From a virus (taxonomy: Duplodnaviria; Caudoviricetes): DNA of 32,402 nucleotides. The translations under genes and the position numbers were made by a program. Positions 1-7,562 of this stretch are shown here, piece by piece. Where the stretch lies: positions 1-32,402 of IMG/VR virus record IMGVR_UViG_3300048835_000060, one strand, 5' to 3'. The first letter of the stretch is position 1, and each line of letters starts with the position of its first letter. The notes under the pieces were generated by a model that was not told the origin of the DNA, did not search any database, and was given only the letters and a program-made list of their open reading frames with translations.

Positions 1-2
1 TG

Positions 3-2441
3 ACGGTCTCGGGCATCTCGGGCGTCAACGTGACGCTATCCGGCCTGCCTGGGCCGACCTCGCTCTTCGTCGATCTGAGCTACACGACGAGCACCGCCGA
101 CAAGCTGCGGCAGCAGTTCAAGTCCGGGTCCGGGACGCAGACGTCGACCGACTGGGGCGGTGATCCGAGCGCGCCGAGGTGGACAACGAATCACCGGCTG
201 CGCGGCGTCGCGTACAGCCGCTTCGCGTCTCTCTGGGACGAAGCGGCATTCCAGAACGGCCAGCCGGACACGACGGCGGTGCTCAAGGGCGGCGGGGCCG
301 ACGGCCATCCGTTCTACGACCCGCGCGACGCGTCCAATCCCACCTACACCGACAATCCGGCGCTGCTCGCGGCCTGGTGGATGACGCTGCCGCAGGCTCT
401 CGGCGGCTGCGGGTATCCGAGCGACTGGATCGACTGGGTAGCGGTCGGCGTCGCGGCGAACATCTGCGACGAGCTGGTGACCGTCAAGACGTTGGACGGC
501 ACAAGCACCGAGTCGATCAAGCGCTACCAGTGCCACACGGTGCTCGACACCGCGGACGCGCCGCTCGGCAATCTCGACAAGATCCTGCGCTCGATGGCGG
601 GCCGGCGGGCGTTCACCGGCGGCAAGTACAAGATCATCGCAGGCGCGTTCCGGGCGGCCACCCTCACGATCACCGACGACGACATCGTCGGTACCAAGCC
701 GATCTCGATCGACGCGACCGGCGGCGACGTCACGCCGGCCAACATCGCCACCGGAACCTTCGCGGACAGCACGAAGGCGTGGCAGGGAACGTCGCCGACG
801 GTGGTCCGCAACAGCACGTACGTGACCGAGGACGGCGCCGAATCCACGGTGGACGTCGATCTGTCGTCGGTGACCGATCCGCGCCAGGCCAACTACCTGC
901 AGGGCATCGCGATCGAGCTGACCCGGCCTTGCATGCGGGGCAGCCTCTCGGTGAAGGGCATCGGCGAGGACATCGCGCTCTTCGACACGGTGGAACTGGA
1001 CATCACGAACCGATCGGTCTACGCCGGCAAGACGTTCGAGGTGACCTCGCTCACCGACAACTGGGACGGGACGTTCGATCTGGTGCTCAACGAGATCCGC
1101 TCGACCAGCTACGCGCTCGACTACACGACGTGGACGCCGCTGGTGCAGCCGACGCCGCCTGACCTGTCGTACCTGTGGGACGTCGACGCAGTCGCGGGGC
1201 TGAGCGTTTCGGTAGGCTCGCCGCAAAAGTTGCTCAACGGCAAGTCGGTCTCTGCTGTGTCGCTCTCGTGGACTGCGCACACGCAGGACAGCGTGCTGGC
1301 GACCGGACGGATCGAGCAGCGCTACCGGCGCATCGGCGACTCCGGCTACACATCGCTCGGCGATGTCGAGGGCGACGCGACGGGTACGGCGTTTTCGGCC
1401 GCGCTCACCGACGGCTCGACGTATGAGTGGCAGGTGCGCGCGCGCAATTCGGTGGGCGCGGTGAGCCAGTGGTCGAGCGTCTACGCGACGGTGATCGGGT
1501 CGAAGGCATTCGTGACGCACACGATGTCGATCACGCCGGACCCGGGGTGCGAGAACTGGGATGCGTGGGTGTTGGAATCCGGGACGAGGCCAACGTCGGT
1601 GGTCGTCGGTTCGGACGAATTCGGCGGGCGTATGTGGTACTCGTCGGTCCTGTCTCGGTTCTACAGCAAACCCGTCTCGATTGATCGGACCAAAGCGTAC
1701 CGAGCGATCTGCAATGTGAGCGTGTCGAGCTTCGGTCAGACTGGCAACTGCTACCTGCTCTGCGCCTTCTTCGACAAGAATGGAGCGCTCATCAATGGCT
1801 CGTCGGATGGCGCCGGGTGGCCTAGCTACGGCACGTATCACTACTTCGGCGTCGTCGGCACGGTGCCGACTTACGCGGGTGAGTATTCGATCGCATTTGG
1901 CGCGGGCCAGGCGCCCGTGATCCCGGCAAACGCGTACTTCGTGTCGATCGGCGTCCTCGCGATGGTCAACTCCGGTACCGGAGCGATCTACTGGCAGGGC
2001 CGCATCCAGCAGCTGCAGGAGACGGACCTGATCGCAGCGGGTGCGGCGACGGAGGTGCAGACAGGTACTAGCGCATCCGGCACATCGACCATCACGAGCC
2101 CTGAACATCGCGCGGCGTTTTCTGGTTCGATCTGTACGTTCACGAACGACAGTGATGGGCCGCTTCAGGTCCTGATGCTCGGCACAATCAATGTGACCAC
2201 ACCGAGCGCGACGATTGGGTCGTCATTCTTCGGGATCTATTCTGCAGGCCCTCCGGTCGTTCTGACTCAATGCGGAGCGCCGGCACTGCTCGGTTCGTCA
2301 ACCGGTAAGCGCACATACGCAGGCGTCGACACGCTGCCTGCCGGCACGACGCGCACCTATGCGCTTGGCTGGTATGCAGGCAGCAGCGACTCGGTCAGCT
2401 ACTCGGACCTTGAGGTCCGATACGAGATGATCAAGCGATGA
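3..2441 (+). CDS. Tail tip / host-specificity protein (J-like) with fibronectin type III domain; 5'-truncated by window edge
   Basis: Frame is open from base 3, so the ORF-track GTG at 30 is probably internal. Motifs YDPR...YTDNPAL and ANICDE...RYQC are typical of siphovirus tail tip proteins. Fn3 signature LTDGSTYEWQVRARNSVG..SQWS. Ser/Thr/Gly-rich beta C-terminus. Confidence 0.8.
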   Translation, partial: TVSGISGVNVTLSGLPGPTSLFVDLSYTTSTADKLRQQFKSGSGTQTSTDWGGDPSAPRWTTNHRLRGVAYSRFASLWDEAAFQNGQPDTTAVLKGGGADGHPFYDPRDASNPTYTDNPALLAAWWMTLPQALGGCGYPSDWIDWVAVGVAANICDELVTVKTLDGTSTESIKRYQCHTVLDTADAPLGNLDKILRSMAGRRAFTGGKYKIIAGAFRAATLTITDDDIVGTKPISIDATGGDVTPANIATGTFADSTKAWQGTSPTVVRNSTYVTEDGAESTVDVDLSSVTDPRQANYLQGIAIELTRPCMRGSLSVKGIGEDIALFDTVELDITNRSVYAGKTFEVTSLTDNWDGTFDLVLNEIRSTSYALDYTTWTPLVQPTPPDLSYLWDVDAVAGLSVSVGSPQKLLNGKSVSAVSLSWTAHTQDSVLATGRIEQRYRRIGDSGYTSLGDVEGDATGTAFSAALTDGSTYEWQVRARNSVGAVSQWSSVYATVIGSKAFVTHTMSITPDPGCENWDAWVLESGTRPTSVVVGSDEFGGRMWYSSVLSRFYSKPVSIDRTKAYRAICNVSVSSFGQTGNCYLLCAFFDKNGALINGSSDGAGWPSYGTYHYFGVVGTVPTYAGEYSIAFGAGQAPVIPANAYFVSIGVLAMVNSGTGAIYWQGRIQQLQETDLIAAGAATEVQTGTSASGTSTITSPEHRAAFSGSICTFTNDSDGPLQVLMLGTINVTTPSATIGSSFFGIYSAGPPVVLTQCGAPALLGSSTGKRTYAGVDTLPAGTTRTYALGWYAGSSDSVSYSDLEVRYEMIKR

Positions 2442-2893
2442 ACGTCCTCGTTCACTACGCCGATGCCGATACGGGGGCCTTCTCCGGCATTTCGTGGAGC
2501 GGGATGCCGTCGTCCATGCCTCAGTACGCCGGGCTGCGCGCTGTCGATGTCACGGCCGTCGAGCGGTTCGATTGGCAGTCCATGCGCTGCGATCTTGCGA
2601 CCGGTCGGGTCGTCGACTATCAGCCGCCGGCGCCACCGGATACCGAGTTCGAGACTTTCGCATGGGATGACGCGCTGCGCCGCTGGGTCGGCACGCCTAC
2701 CGTGGCGGCGCACTGGCGCCACGTGCGCGCCGAGCGTGATCGACGCCTCGCTGCCTGCGACTGGATTGTCGCTCGATCCTCTGAGCTCGGCGAGCCTGTG
2801 CCGCAGGCGTGGCGCGATTACAGACAGGCGCTGCGCGACATCACGACGCGGGCCGATCCGCTGAATATCAAATGGCCGGAGCCGCCAACATGA
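2438..2893 (+). CDS. Tail fibre assembly chaperone
   Basis: C-terminal RAERDRRLAACDW...WRDYRQALRDIT...IKWPEPP is the phage tail assembly chaperone signature; ATGA overlap with the tail gene. Confidence 0.85.
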   Translation: MNVLVHYADADTGAFSGISWSGMPSSMPQYAGLRAVDVTAVERFDWQSMRCDLATGRVVDYQPPAPPDTEFETFAWDDALRRWVGTPTVAAHWRHVRAERDRRLAACDWIVARSSELGEPVPQAWRDYRQALRDITTRADPLNIKWPEPPT

Positions 2894-3219
2894 GGCAATT
2901 CATCGCGCTGATTCTTCTTGCCTTCGCCGCTGCCGTCCACGCGCAGCCGTTCGTTGAACTTGGCGTGGGCGCCGTAGTCGGGGGGTGCATCGCAAACGGA
3001 TACAGCGAGTCAGCCGCGCCTGCGCTGAGCGCGATTCGTGGCTCGCCGCCCGAAGCCGTGAACGTCCACTGTTCGCGCGGGGCGATCGGAATCGCTGCGA
3101 TCGGGTATCAAATCACCGAGCGGTTGAGCGCGCAGTACGAGCACATATCGAGCGTGCCAGACGGCCACGATCGCGGCCTTGAAGTGTTGTCGATTCGCTA
3201 CCGCTACACGTTCAAATGA
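2890..3219 (+). CDS. Secreted outer-membrane beta protein resembling the C-terminal half of PagL lipid A deacylase
   Basis: ATG 2890 overlaps the upstream stop. Sec signal MRQFIALILLAFAAAVHA-QP, then PFVELGVG, YEHISS, GLEVLSIRYRYTFK with a barrel-type aromatic C-terminus. Confidence 0.6.
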   Translation: MRQFIALILLAFAAAVHAQPFVELGVGAVVGGCIANGYSESAAPALSAIRGSPPEAVNVHCSRGAIGIAAIGYQITERLSAQYEHISSVPDGHDRGLEVLSIRYRYTFK

Positions 3220-3752
3220 TCCGCTTCGCCGCCCTTGCCGCGTTCGTCGAGCTGGCCGCGCTCGCCGCCTTCCCGCTCGTTCCGATCGCGGTCGCATTCA
3301 GCGACAGCCTCGGCCACCTGCCGCGCTGGGCACGGTGGCTGGAGACGCAGGACCGACCCGGCTGGCTCGGCCCGCCGTCCGAAGGTTACCCGGCGACCCG
3401 CTGGGGCCTGATCCGCTGGCTTTGGCGCAACCGGGCATACCGGCTGCGCAACCGCTACCGAGCCACGCCGGACTACGACGACATCGCCATCACGGTCGGC
3501 GGCCAGATCGCGCACCCGCGGCTCGGCGTCGGCCGGCTCTCGATCGACATCCACTCGCAGGGCCGCACCTGGTGGTATCGCCGCTGGTCGCTCGGCCTCG
3601 TGCGCGCGGTTGTCTACGTCCACGCCGGCTGGAAGCTGATCGGCTACGTCGAGGGCGCGCGGCCGGAACCGGATTCGCTGGCGAGCACGGGGATGTTCAT
3701 CGGCGTGGCGATTCGGACTGATGGATTGGGGGATCGAGATCATGGCGGCTGA
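3216..3752 (+). CDS. Conserved phage membrane protein of unknown function
   Basis: N-terminal hydrophobic helix; LPRWARWLETQD and WLWRNRAY motifs recalled from a widespread phage family found near lysis genes; ATGA coupling. Confidence 0.6.
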   Translation: MIRFAALAAFVELAALAAFPLVPIAVAFSDSLGHLPRWARWLETQDRPGWLGPPSEGYPATRWGLIRWLWRNRAYRLRNRYRATPDYDDIAITVGGQIAHPRLGVGRLSIDIHSQGRTWWYRRWSLGLVRAVVYVHAGWKLIGYVEGARPEPDSLASTGMFIGVAIRTDGLGDRDHGG

Positions 3753-4089
3753 ACCGCAGGGCATTTTGGACACCGTGGCGCAGGCCGCGGCGAAGCTCTG
3801 GCCGGGGCTGGCCGGCGCGCTCGTTGCGCTGCGGTGGCTTCCCGTGGACTCGACCCGCTGGGATCGGTTCTTCGCGGCGATCGGCGGGTTCGTCGCCGCC
3901 GCCAACCTCGGACCGGCAATCTCCGACGTCGTCGGCATCTCGAGCCAGCGAGTCGAGGCCGGGATCGTGTTCGCTACCGGCCTGTTCGGGATGGCGGTTG
4001 CGGGCGAGGTTCTGGCATCGATCAAGCAGCTCCAGCTTGCCGAGATTGCACGAGACGCCATCCGCAAGATTTTCAGAATCGGAGGCTGA
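3742..4089 (+). CDS. Holin-like membrane protein (alternative in-frame start at 3721)
   Basis: About three hydrophobic segments, basic C-terminus (RKIFRIGG), immediately upstream of the endolysin. Confidence 0.65.
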   Translation: MAAEPQGILDTVAQAAAKLWPGLAGALVALRWLPVDSTRWDRFFAAIGGFVAAANLGPAISDVVGISSQRVEAGIVFATGLFGMAVAGEVLASIKQLQLAEIARDAIRKIFRIGG

Positions 4090-4092
4090 GCC

Positions 4093-4359
4093 ATGATCGA
4101 GGCGCTGTACTACCTCTCGCTCGCCGTCGTCATCGTCGCGGCGCTCGTGGTTGCGCTGCACTCGGCCATTCCAGGCGGGTTCGTCGGCGCGACCGCGCTC
4201 GGCGGCGTGGCCGTGTTCGCGATGGCGGGATTCGACAACTCGCCGCCGACCTGGCTGGTCGGCTTCATGGCGAGCCTCGCCGGGACGTGCGTCTGGGCGC
4301 TGACCCGATGGCGCATGTACCGGACGGACAGGTGCTTCAAGGTCGGCGGGACGGATTGA
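4093..4359 (+). CDS. Second holin/antiholin-like membrane protein
   Basis: GGAGG RBS; three hydrophobic segments and a basic tail; TGATG overlap with the endolysin. Confidence 0.6.
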   Translation: MIEALYYLSLAVVIVAALVVALHSAIPGGFVGATALGGVAVFAMAGFDNSPPTWLVGFMASLAGTCVWALTRWRMYRTDRCFKVGGTD

Positions 4360-4829
4360 TGGACGCCTTCCAGCGCGCGTTCGAGGTCGTGATCGGCCAC
4401 GAGGGCGGCTACGTCAACGATCCGCGCGACCCCGGCGGCGAGACGAAGTACGGCATCAGCAAGCGCGCGAACCCGGACGTGGACATCCGCAACCTGACGC
4501 TCGCCAAAGCGCAGTGGATCTATCGCCAGCGGTATTGGCTGCCGCTGCATGCCGACGCGATGCCGGAAGCTGTGGCGGTGCAGGTGTTCGACGCGGCGGT
4601 GAACCACGGCCTCAAGCCGGCGACACGGATGATGCAGCGGGCGCTACAGGTGCCGGACGACGGGATCATCGGGCCGGTGACGCTGCGGGCGATGACGACG
4701 GTCGAGGATGCGCGGTTCCTTGCGCACTTCGCCGCTGAGCGGCTGACGTTCTACACCGACCTGGCTGGCTGGGACGTGTACGGCCGCGGCTGGACCCGGC
4801 GCGTCGCCAGCAATCTGAGGCGGGCGTGA
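4359..4829 (+). CDS. Endolysin, glycoside hydrolase family 108 with C-terminal peptidoglycan-binding domain
   Basis: HEGGYVNDPRDPGGETKYGIS catalytic motif; DGIIGPVT and GRGWTRRV motifs. True start is ATG 4359, inside the 3834 ORF. Confidence 0.93.
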   Translation: MDAFQRAFEVVIGHEGGYVNDPRDPGGETKYGISKRANPDVDIRNLTLAKAQWIYRQRYWLPLHADAMPEAVAVQVFDAAVNHGLKPATRMMQRALQVPDDGIIGPVTLRAMTTVEDARFLAHFAAERLTFYTDLAGWDVYGRGWTRRVASNLRRA

Positions 4830-5359
4830 TCCCGATCCCGGCCGCCGTCGTTCGCTGGCTCGTCGGGCTGCTGGTCTGTGCTGGGCTGCTCACCGCCGCT
4901 TGGTTTCATGGCCGGTCGATAGGCGTCACGTCCGAGCGCGCCGTCTGGACCGAGCGCCAGATCATCGCCGAGCGCGCGGCGCGGCAGACGGAAACCGATC
5001 TTGCCGCGCTGGCCGCGAAGTCGGCAGCCCGGCAGGCGCAGAAGGAGGCGCTGCTCAATGACCAAGCCCAACGACAAACGGCTGCGTGGCGCGCCGCTAT
5101 GGCTCGCTTGCGCGATCAGCGCATCCCTGCTGCTGTCGGCGTGCAGCTCGACGCCGCCGGCGGCCTGTCCGCAGCTCCCGCCGTGGCCGAGCCACCTCGA
5201 GCCGATCCCGATGGTCCCGCACTCGATCAGCTCGTCCGGCTTGCCGACGAGCTCGACACCGTCCGGGAAAACTACCAGCGGTGTGCGGTGAACATCGAAC
5301 GTCTGAGTGCTGCGCGTGACTGGTATAACGAAATCCGCGAAAGGGTCAACGAACCTTGA
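4826..5359 (+). CDS. Rz: Inner-membrane spanin (Rz-like)
   Basis: Single N-terminal TM helix, Ala-rich coiled-coil periplasmic region, C-terminal Cys; directly after the endolysin. Confidence 0.8.
   Translation: MIPIPAAVVRWLVGLLVCAGLLTAAWFHGRSIGVTSERAVWTERQIIAERAARQTETDLAALAAKSAARQAQKEALLNDQAQRQTAAWRAAMARLRDQRIPAAVGVQLDAAGGLSAAPAVAEPPRADPDGPALDQLVRLADELDTVRENYQRCAVNIERLSAARDWYNEIRERVNEP
5058..5291 (+). CDS. Rz1: Outer-membrane spanin lipoprotein embedded in Rz in the +1 frame
   Basis: AAGGAGG RBS at 5042-5048, ATG 5058, lipobox LLSA-C, Pro-rich mature part (CSSTPPAACPQLPPWP); lies fully inside Rz as in lambda. Confidence 0.85.
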   Translation: MTKPNDKRLRGAPLWLACAISASLLLSACSSTPPAACPQLPPWPSHLEPIPMVPHSISSSGLPTSSTPSGKTTSGVR

Positions 5360-5373
5360 CTTGGCCCTCGGTC

Positions 5374-5871
5374 TCAAAGGGTGCTGTATGGGTGCAGTCG
5401 GCGCTTCGCCTCGACGTATGCGGCATGCGCTTCTTCAGGCGTACTGAACACGCCGATATGTTTTCTGCCAACCATCGGGACGTTAATTTCCGCCTTGAAT
5501 TTATCGCGGCATCTAGAAACGCCAAGCAGCCCTGTAAACGAACCCTTAGTGGCAGAGCGCCGATTCTGCTTGTTCTCCGCGTTGGTTATGTCGCGCAGGT
5601 TGTTCCATTTGTTGTTCGCACGATCGCCGTCGATGTGATCGACCTGGTGTTGAGGCCATTCACTGAGCACCCACAAGAAAGCGAGGCGGTGGGCGTAATA
5701 CCGACGACCATGAATGCAGATCTCGATGTACGAGAAGCTGGAAGTGCTGCCTGCAACGCTTCCGACAGGCCTGATTGGTGACAACTGCTGAGCCCATGTG
5801 AAAACCCCGGTGTTGGGGTCATAGTGGAGCAGCTCACGCAATCGCTCTGCGGTAAGATTTTCTTTAGCCAT
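5374..5871 (-). CDS. HNH homing endonuclease with C-terminal AP2-like DNA-binding domain
   Basis: AHRLAF...VDHIDGDRANNKWNNLR HNH motif; GV...FKAEI...HIGVFSTPEEAHAAY AP2 motif. Start MAKENLTAERLRELL at 5871; visibly lower GC than flanks. Confidence 0.9.
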   Translation of the reverse strand: MAKENLTAERLRELLHYDPNTGVFTWAQQLSPIRPVGSVAGSTSSFSYIEICIHGRRYYAHRLAFLWVLSEWPQHQVDHIDGDRANNKWNNLRDITNAENKQNRRSATKGSFTGLLGVSRCRDKFKAEINVPMVGRKHIGVFSTPEEAHAAYVEAKRRLHPYSTL

Positions 5872-5897
5872 GAAGCACCCAGTATGCTGATTGGTCA

Positions 5898-5933
5898 GAG
5901 GCCGCCAAGCATCGCAAGTGCTTTGGCGGCCTC
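5898..5933. promoter_or_regulatory. Strong hairpin in the leader of the HNH-AP2 gene
   Basis: GAGGCCGCCAA (5898-5908) pairs with TTGGCGGCCTC (5923-5933); minus-strand TAAAAT -10-like box at 5937-5942. Confidence 0.55.
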
Positions 5934-5980
5934 GCCATTTTAACGTGCGCAGGTAACTTTTAATACCAATGCACGCAATC

Positions 5981-6058
5981 TGCGCGGCCAACATCAGCCG
6001 ACTGACCGAGGCGCGCGAGTGGTACGACGCGCTAAGGGAGCGCGTCAATGCTCGTTGA
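5981..6058 (+). pseudogene. Orphaned second copy of the Rz 3' end
   Basis: Translates CAANISRLTEAREWYDALRERVNAR*; 15 of 25 residues identical, without gaps, to the Rz C-terminus CAVNIERLSAARDWYNEIRERVNEP* (5282-5359). Confidence 0.85.
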
Positions 6059-6116
6059 GTGGATCATCGACCTCTGGGCCTGGTGCGTCGCGCACCTGGT
6101 CGTCTGGGTGCTCTGA
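6048..6116 (+). CDS. Putative 22-aa Trp-rich hydrophobic peptide
   Basis: AAGGGAG RBS at 6034-6040; MLVEWIIDLWAWCVAHLVVWVL*; overlaps the end of the Rz remnant. Confidence 0.4.
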   Translation: MLVEWIIDLWAWCVAHLVVWVL

Positions 6117-6190
6117 CGCGCCAGATCGGCGCAGGCGGCGCGATCGGCGGGCCGGAGGTATCAGCGGTCGTCCGGGCGGGTGATCGGCGC

Positions 6191-6379
6191 TCAGGCGCCC
6201 GCGTAGGCGTCCGCGAGCAGCGCGTGAGCGCGGCGCAGCCTGCTCACCAGTCTCGACACGCTCGGCGATCCGTCTGGACGAACACGGTAGGGTACTCCCA
6301 TAGCGTCGAGTGCGCGACACTGCGCCGGCCGGCGGGTAACGCCGATCCTCTCGGCGATCTGGTCAGCGGTGAGCAGCAT
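6191..6379 (-). CDS. Excisionase-like protein (DUF4224-type)
   Basis: MLLT..QIAERIG..RRPAQCRALDAMGVPYRVRPDGSPSV matches the DUF4224 pattern; last gene of the leftward operon, where xis normally sits. Confidence 0.65.
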   Translation of the reverse strand: MLLTADQIAERIGVTRRPAQCRALDAMGVPYRVRPDGSPSVSRLVSRLRRAHALLADAYAGA

Positions 6380-6627
6380 TACAGCAACCCATCCTGTACA
6401 GGATTCTGCGCAGGCTTCTTCTTGCGCAGGTCGCGCAGTTTGCGCAGTACATCATTTCTGGTCAGCGTGTCGTCCGAGTGATCGTATGTGTACTCGGCCC
6501 CGTTAAACCGGCAGCCGCCGTAGTGCCGCGCGATAGATAGCTGTCCATGCGAAACGCTCCGGATCTGGTACGGCGTGTCGCGCGGTAGCGATTGGATCGC
6601 GTCGAGTTCTTCGTCGGTGAGCAGCAT
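6379..6627 (-). CDS. Hypothetical protein
   Basis: 82 aa, coupled at both ends, GGAG RBS. Confidence 0.6.
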   Translation of the reverse strand: MLLTDEELDAIQSLPRDTPYQIRSVSHGQLSIARHYGGCRFNGAEYTYDHSDDTLTRNDVLRKLRDLRKKKPAQNPVQDGLL

Positions 6628-6654
6628 CAGCCGCGCTCCGCGATCGTCAGCAGG

Positions 6655-6846
6655 TCAGCCACGCGGACCTTTCTCGCGCAGATAACGCTCCCATCGCTCC
6701 GGGTCTCGGATTGTCGGCCGATTCCTCCACCAGTCACGAAACGTCGTGCCGTCTGGTTCGCTCGGGTTCGCAATCCAGTACAGCGCGAACACGATCGCAA
6801 AAACAGCGGCGATCGAACACGCGACCCATTCGATTCGCTCGATCAT
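6655..6846 (-). CDS. Small single-TM membrane protein
   Basis: GGAGG RBS; hydrophobic segment WVACSIAAVFAIVFALYWIA. Confidence 0.6.
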   Translation of the reverse strand: MIERIEWVACSIAAVFAIVFALYWIANPSEPDGTTFRDWWRNRPTIRDPERWERYLREKGPRG

Positions 6847-7139
6847 GCTTCCTCCGCTGGCCCGAACAAGCTCGGCTTCAGGCAGCTATAGCTCCCGACG
6901 TGCAACTCGACCACTTCGCCAACCGGCAGCGTCTCGACGATGGACTCTCGGATAAGCCACGCGATGTATTCAGCATCTTCGCCAGAGTAGTCTTTGCGAA
7001 GCTCCGTCGGCTTGAACCGTTCCGCCTCTGCTACCGGATCGAAGTCACGCAGCGCGCGCATATGGTCGCGCAGGCAGTAGTCCGAATACTCGCCGTCTGT
7101 GATGGCGATGATCTGTCCCTTGCGTATCGTTCGTGTCAT
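6843..7139 (-). CDS. Hypothetical protein
   Basis: Start MTRTIRKGQII at 7139 after GGAGG; GEYSDY motif. Confidence 0.6.
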   Translation of the reverse strand: MTRTIRKGQIIAITDGEYSDYCLRDHMRALRDFDPVAEAERFKPTELRKDYSGEDAEYIAWLIRESIVETLPVGEVVELHVGSYSCLKPSLFGPAEEA

Positions 7140-7140
7140 G

Positions 7141-7326
7141 TCATTCCTCCGCTGGCCGGGTGAGGCCGCGCCACTGGCAATCGGGACACGACCACCGATA
7201 CAACCACCATATAGTCCGTCTGCCGATCCCATAACCTCGTCGGCATCGCCACTCGTATTTGCTGTTCTCGGTGCCGTTGACCGGCGGTTCAGTTTTCGCG
7301 TTGAACCACGGCGTGCGCTTACTCAT
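7141..7326 (-). CDS. Small Trp/Cys-rich hypothetical protein
   Basis: Start MSKRTPWF at 7326 coupled to the upstream stop; ends WRGLTRPAEE. Confidence 0.55.
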   Translation of the reverse strand: MSKRTPWFNAKTEPPVNGTENSKYEWRCRRGYGIGRRTIWWLYRWSCPDCQWRGLTRPAEE

Positions 7327-7562
7327 TGCGCATCCCTCGGGCGACCCCTTGCGATCCTGATCTTCTCCATTTCTCCGACCATCGACATGCACTGCTCCGC
7401 GAGCGATTCGTGATCGTCTCCTGGCGCGGCAATGCACAGCACGCCGTTGAAGTCGTAGTGAACAGTCACCCCCAGACGGTTCGCAAGGTCAATCGCCTCG
7501 CGTGCCGCAACCGTTACGTCGGTTCCCGGCAGGACTTCAACCGTGATGCTCAGATTACTCAT
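7323..7562 (-). CDS. Hypothetical protein
   Basis: 79 aa, GGGAG RBS, overlaps neighbours, globular composition. Confidence 0.6.
   Translation of the reverse strand: MSNLSITVEVLPGTDVTVAAREAIDLANRLGVTVHYDFNGVLCIAAPGDDHESLAEQCMSMVGEMEKIRIARGRPRDAQ

Noticed and set aside
36-2108. 690-aa minus-strand ORF and other long antisense ORFs (e.g. 19127-20869, 26313-27623, 28233-29957, 29000-30904, 14507-15715)
   Set aside because: Shadow frames of GC-rich genes: Arg/Ala/Pro-rich, no motifs, and they lie opposite clearly recognisable phage genes.
1500-2441. Variable-looking tail C-terminus as a diversity-generating retroelement target
   Set aside because: No template repeat copy or reverse transcriptase seen; the composition shift fits ordinary tail module exchange.
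6117-6190. Possible attP site
   Set aside because: GC-rich, with no tRNA-like core or arm-type repeats that I can support.
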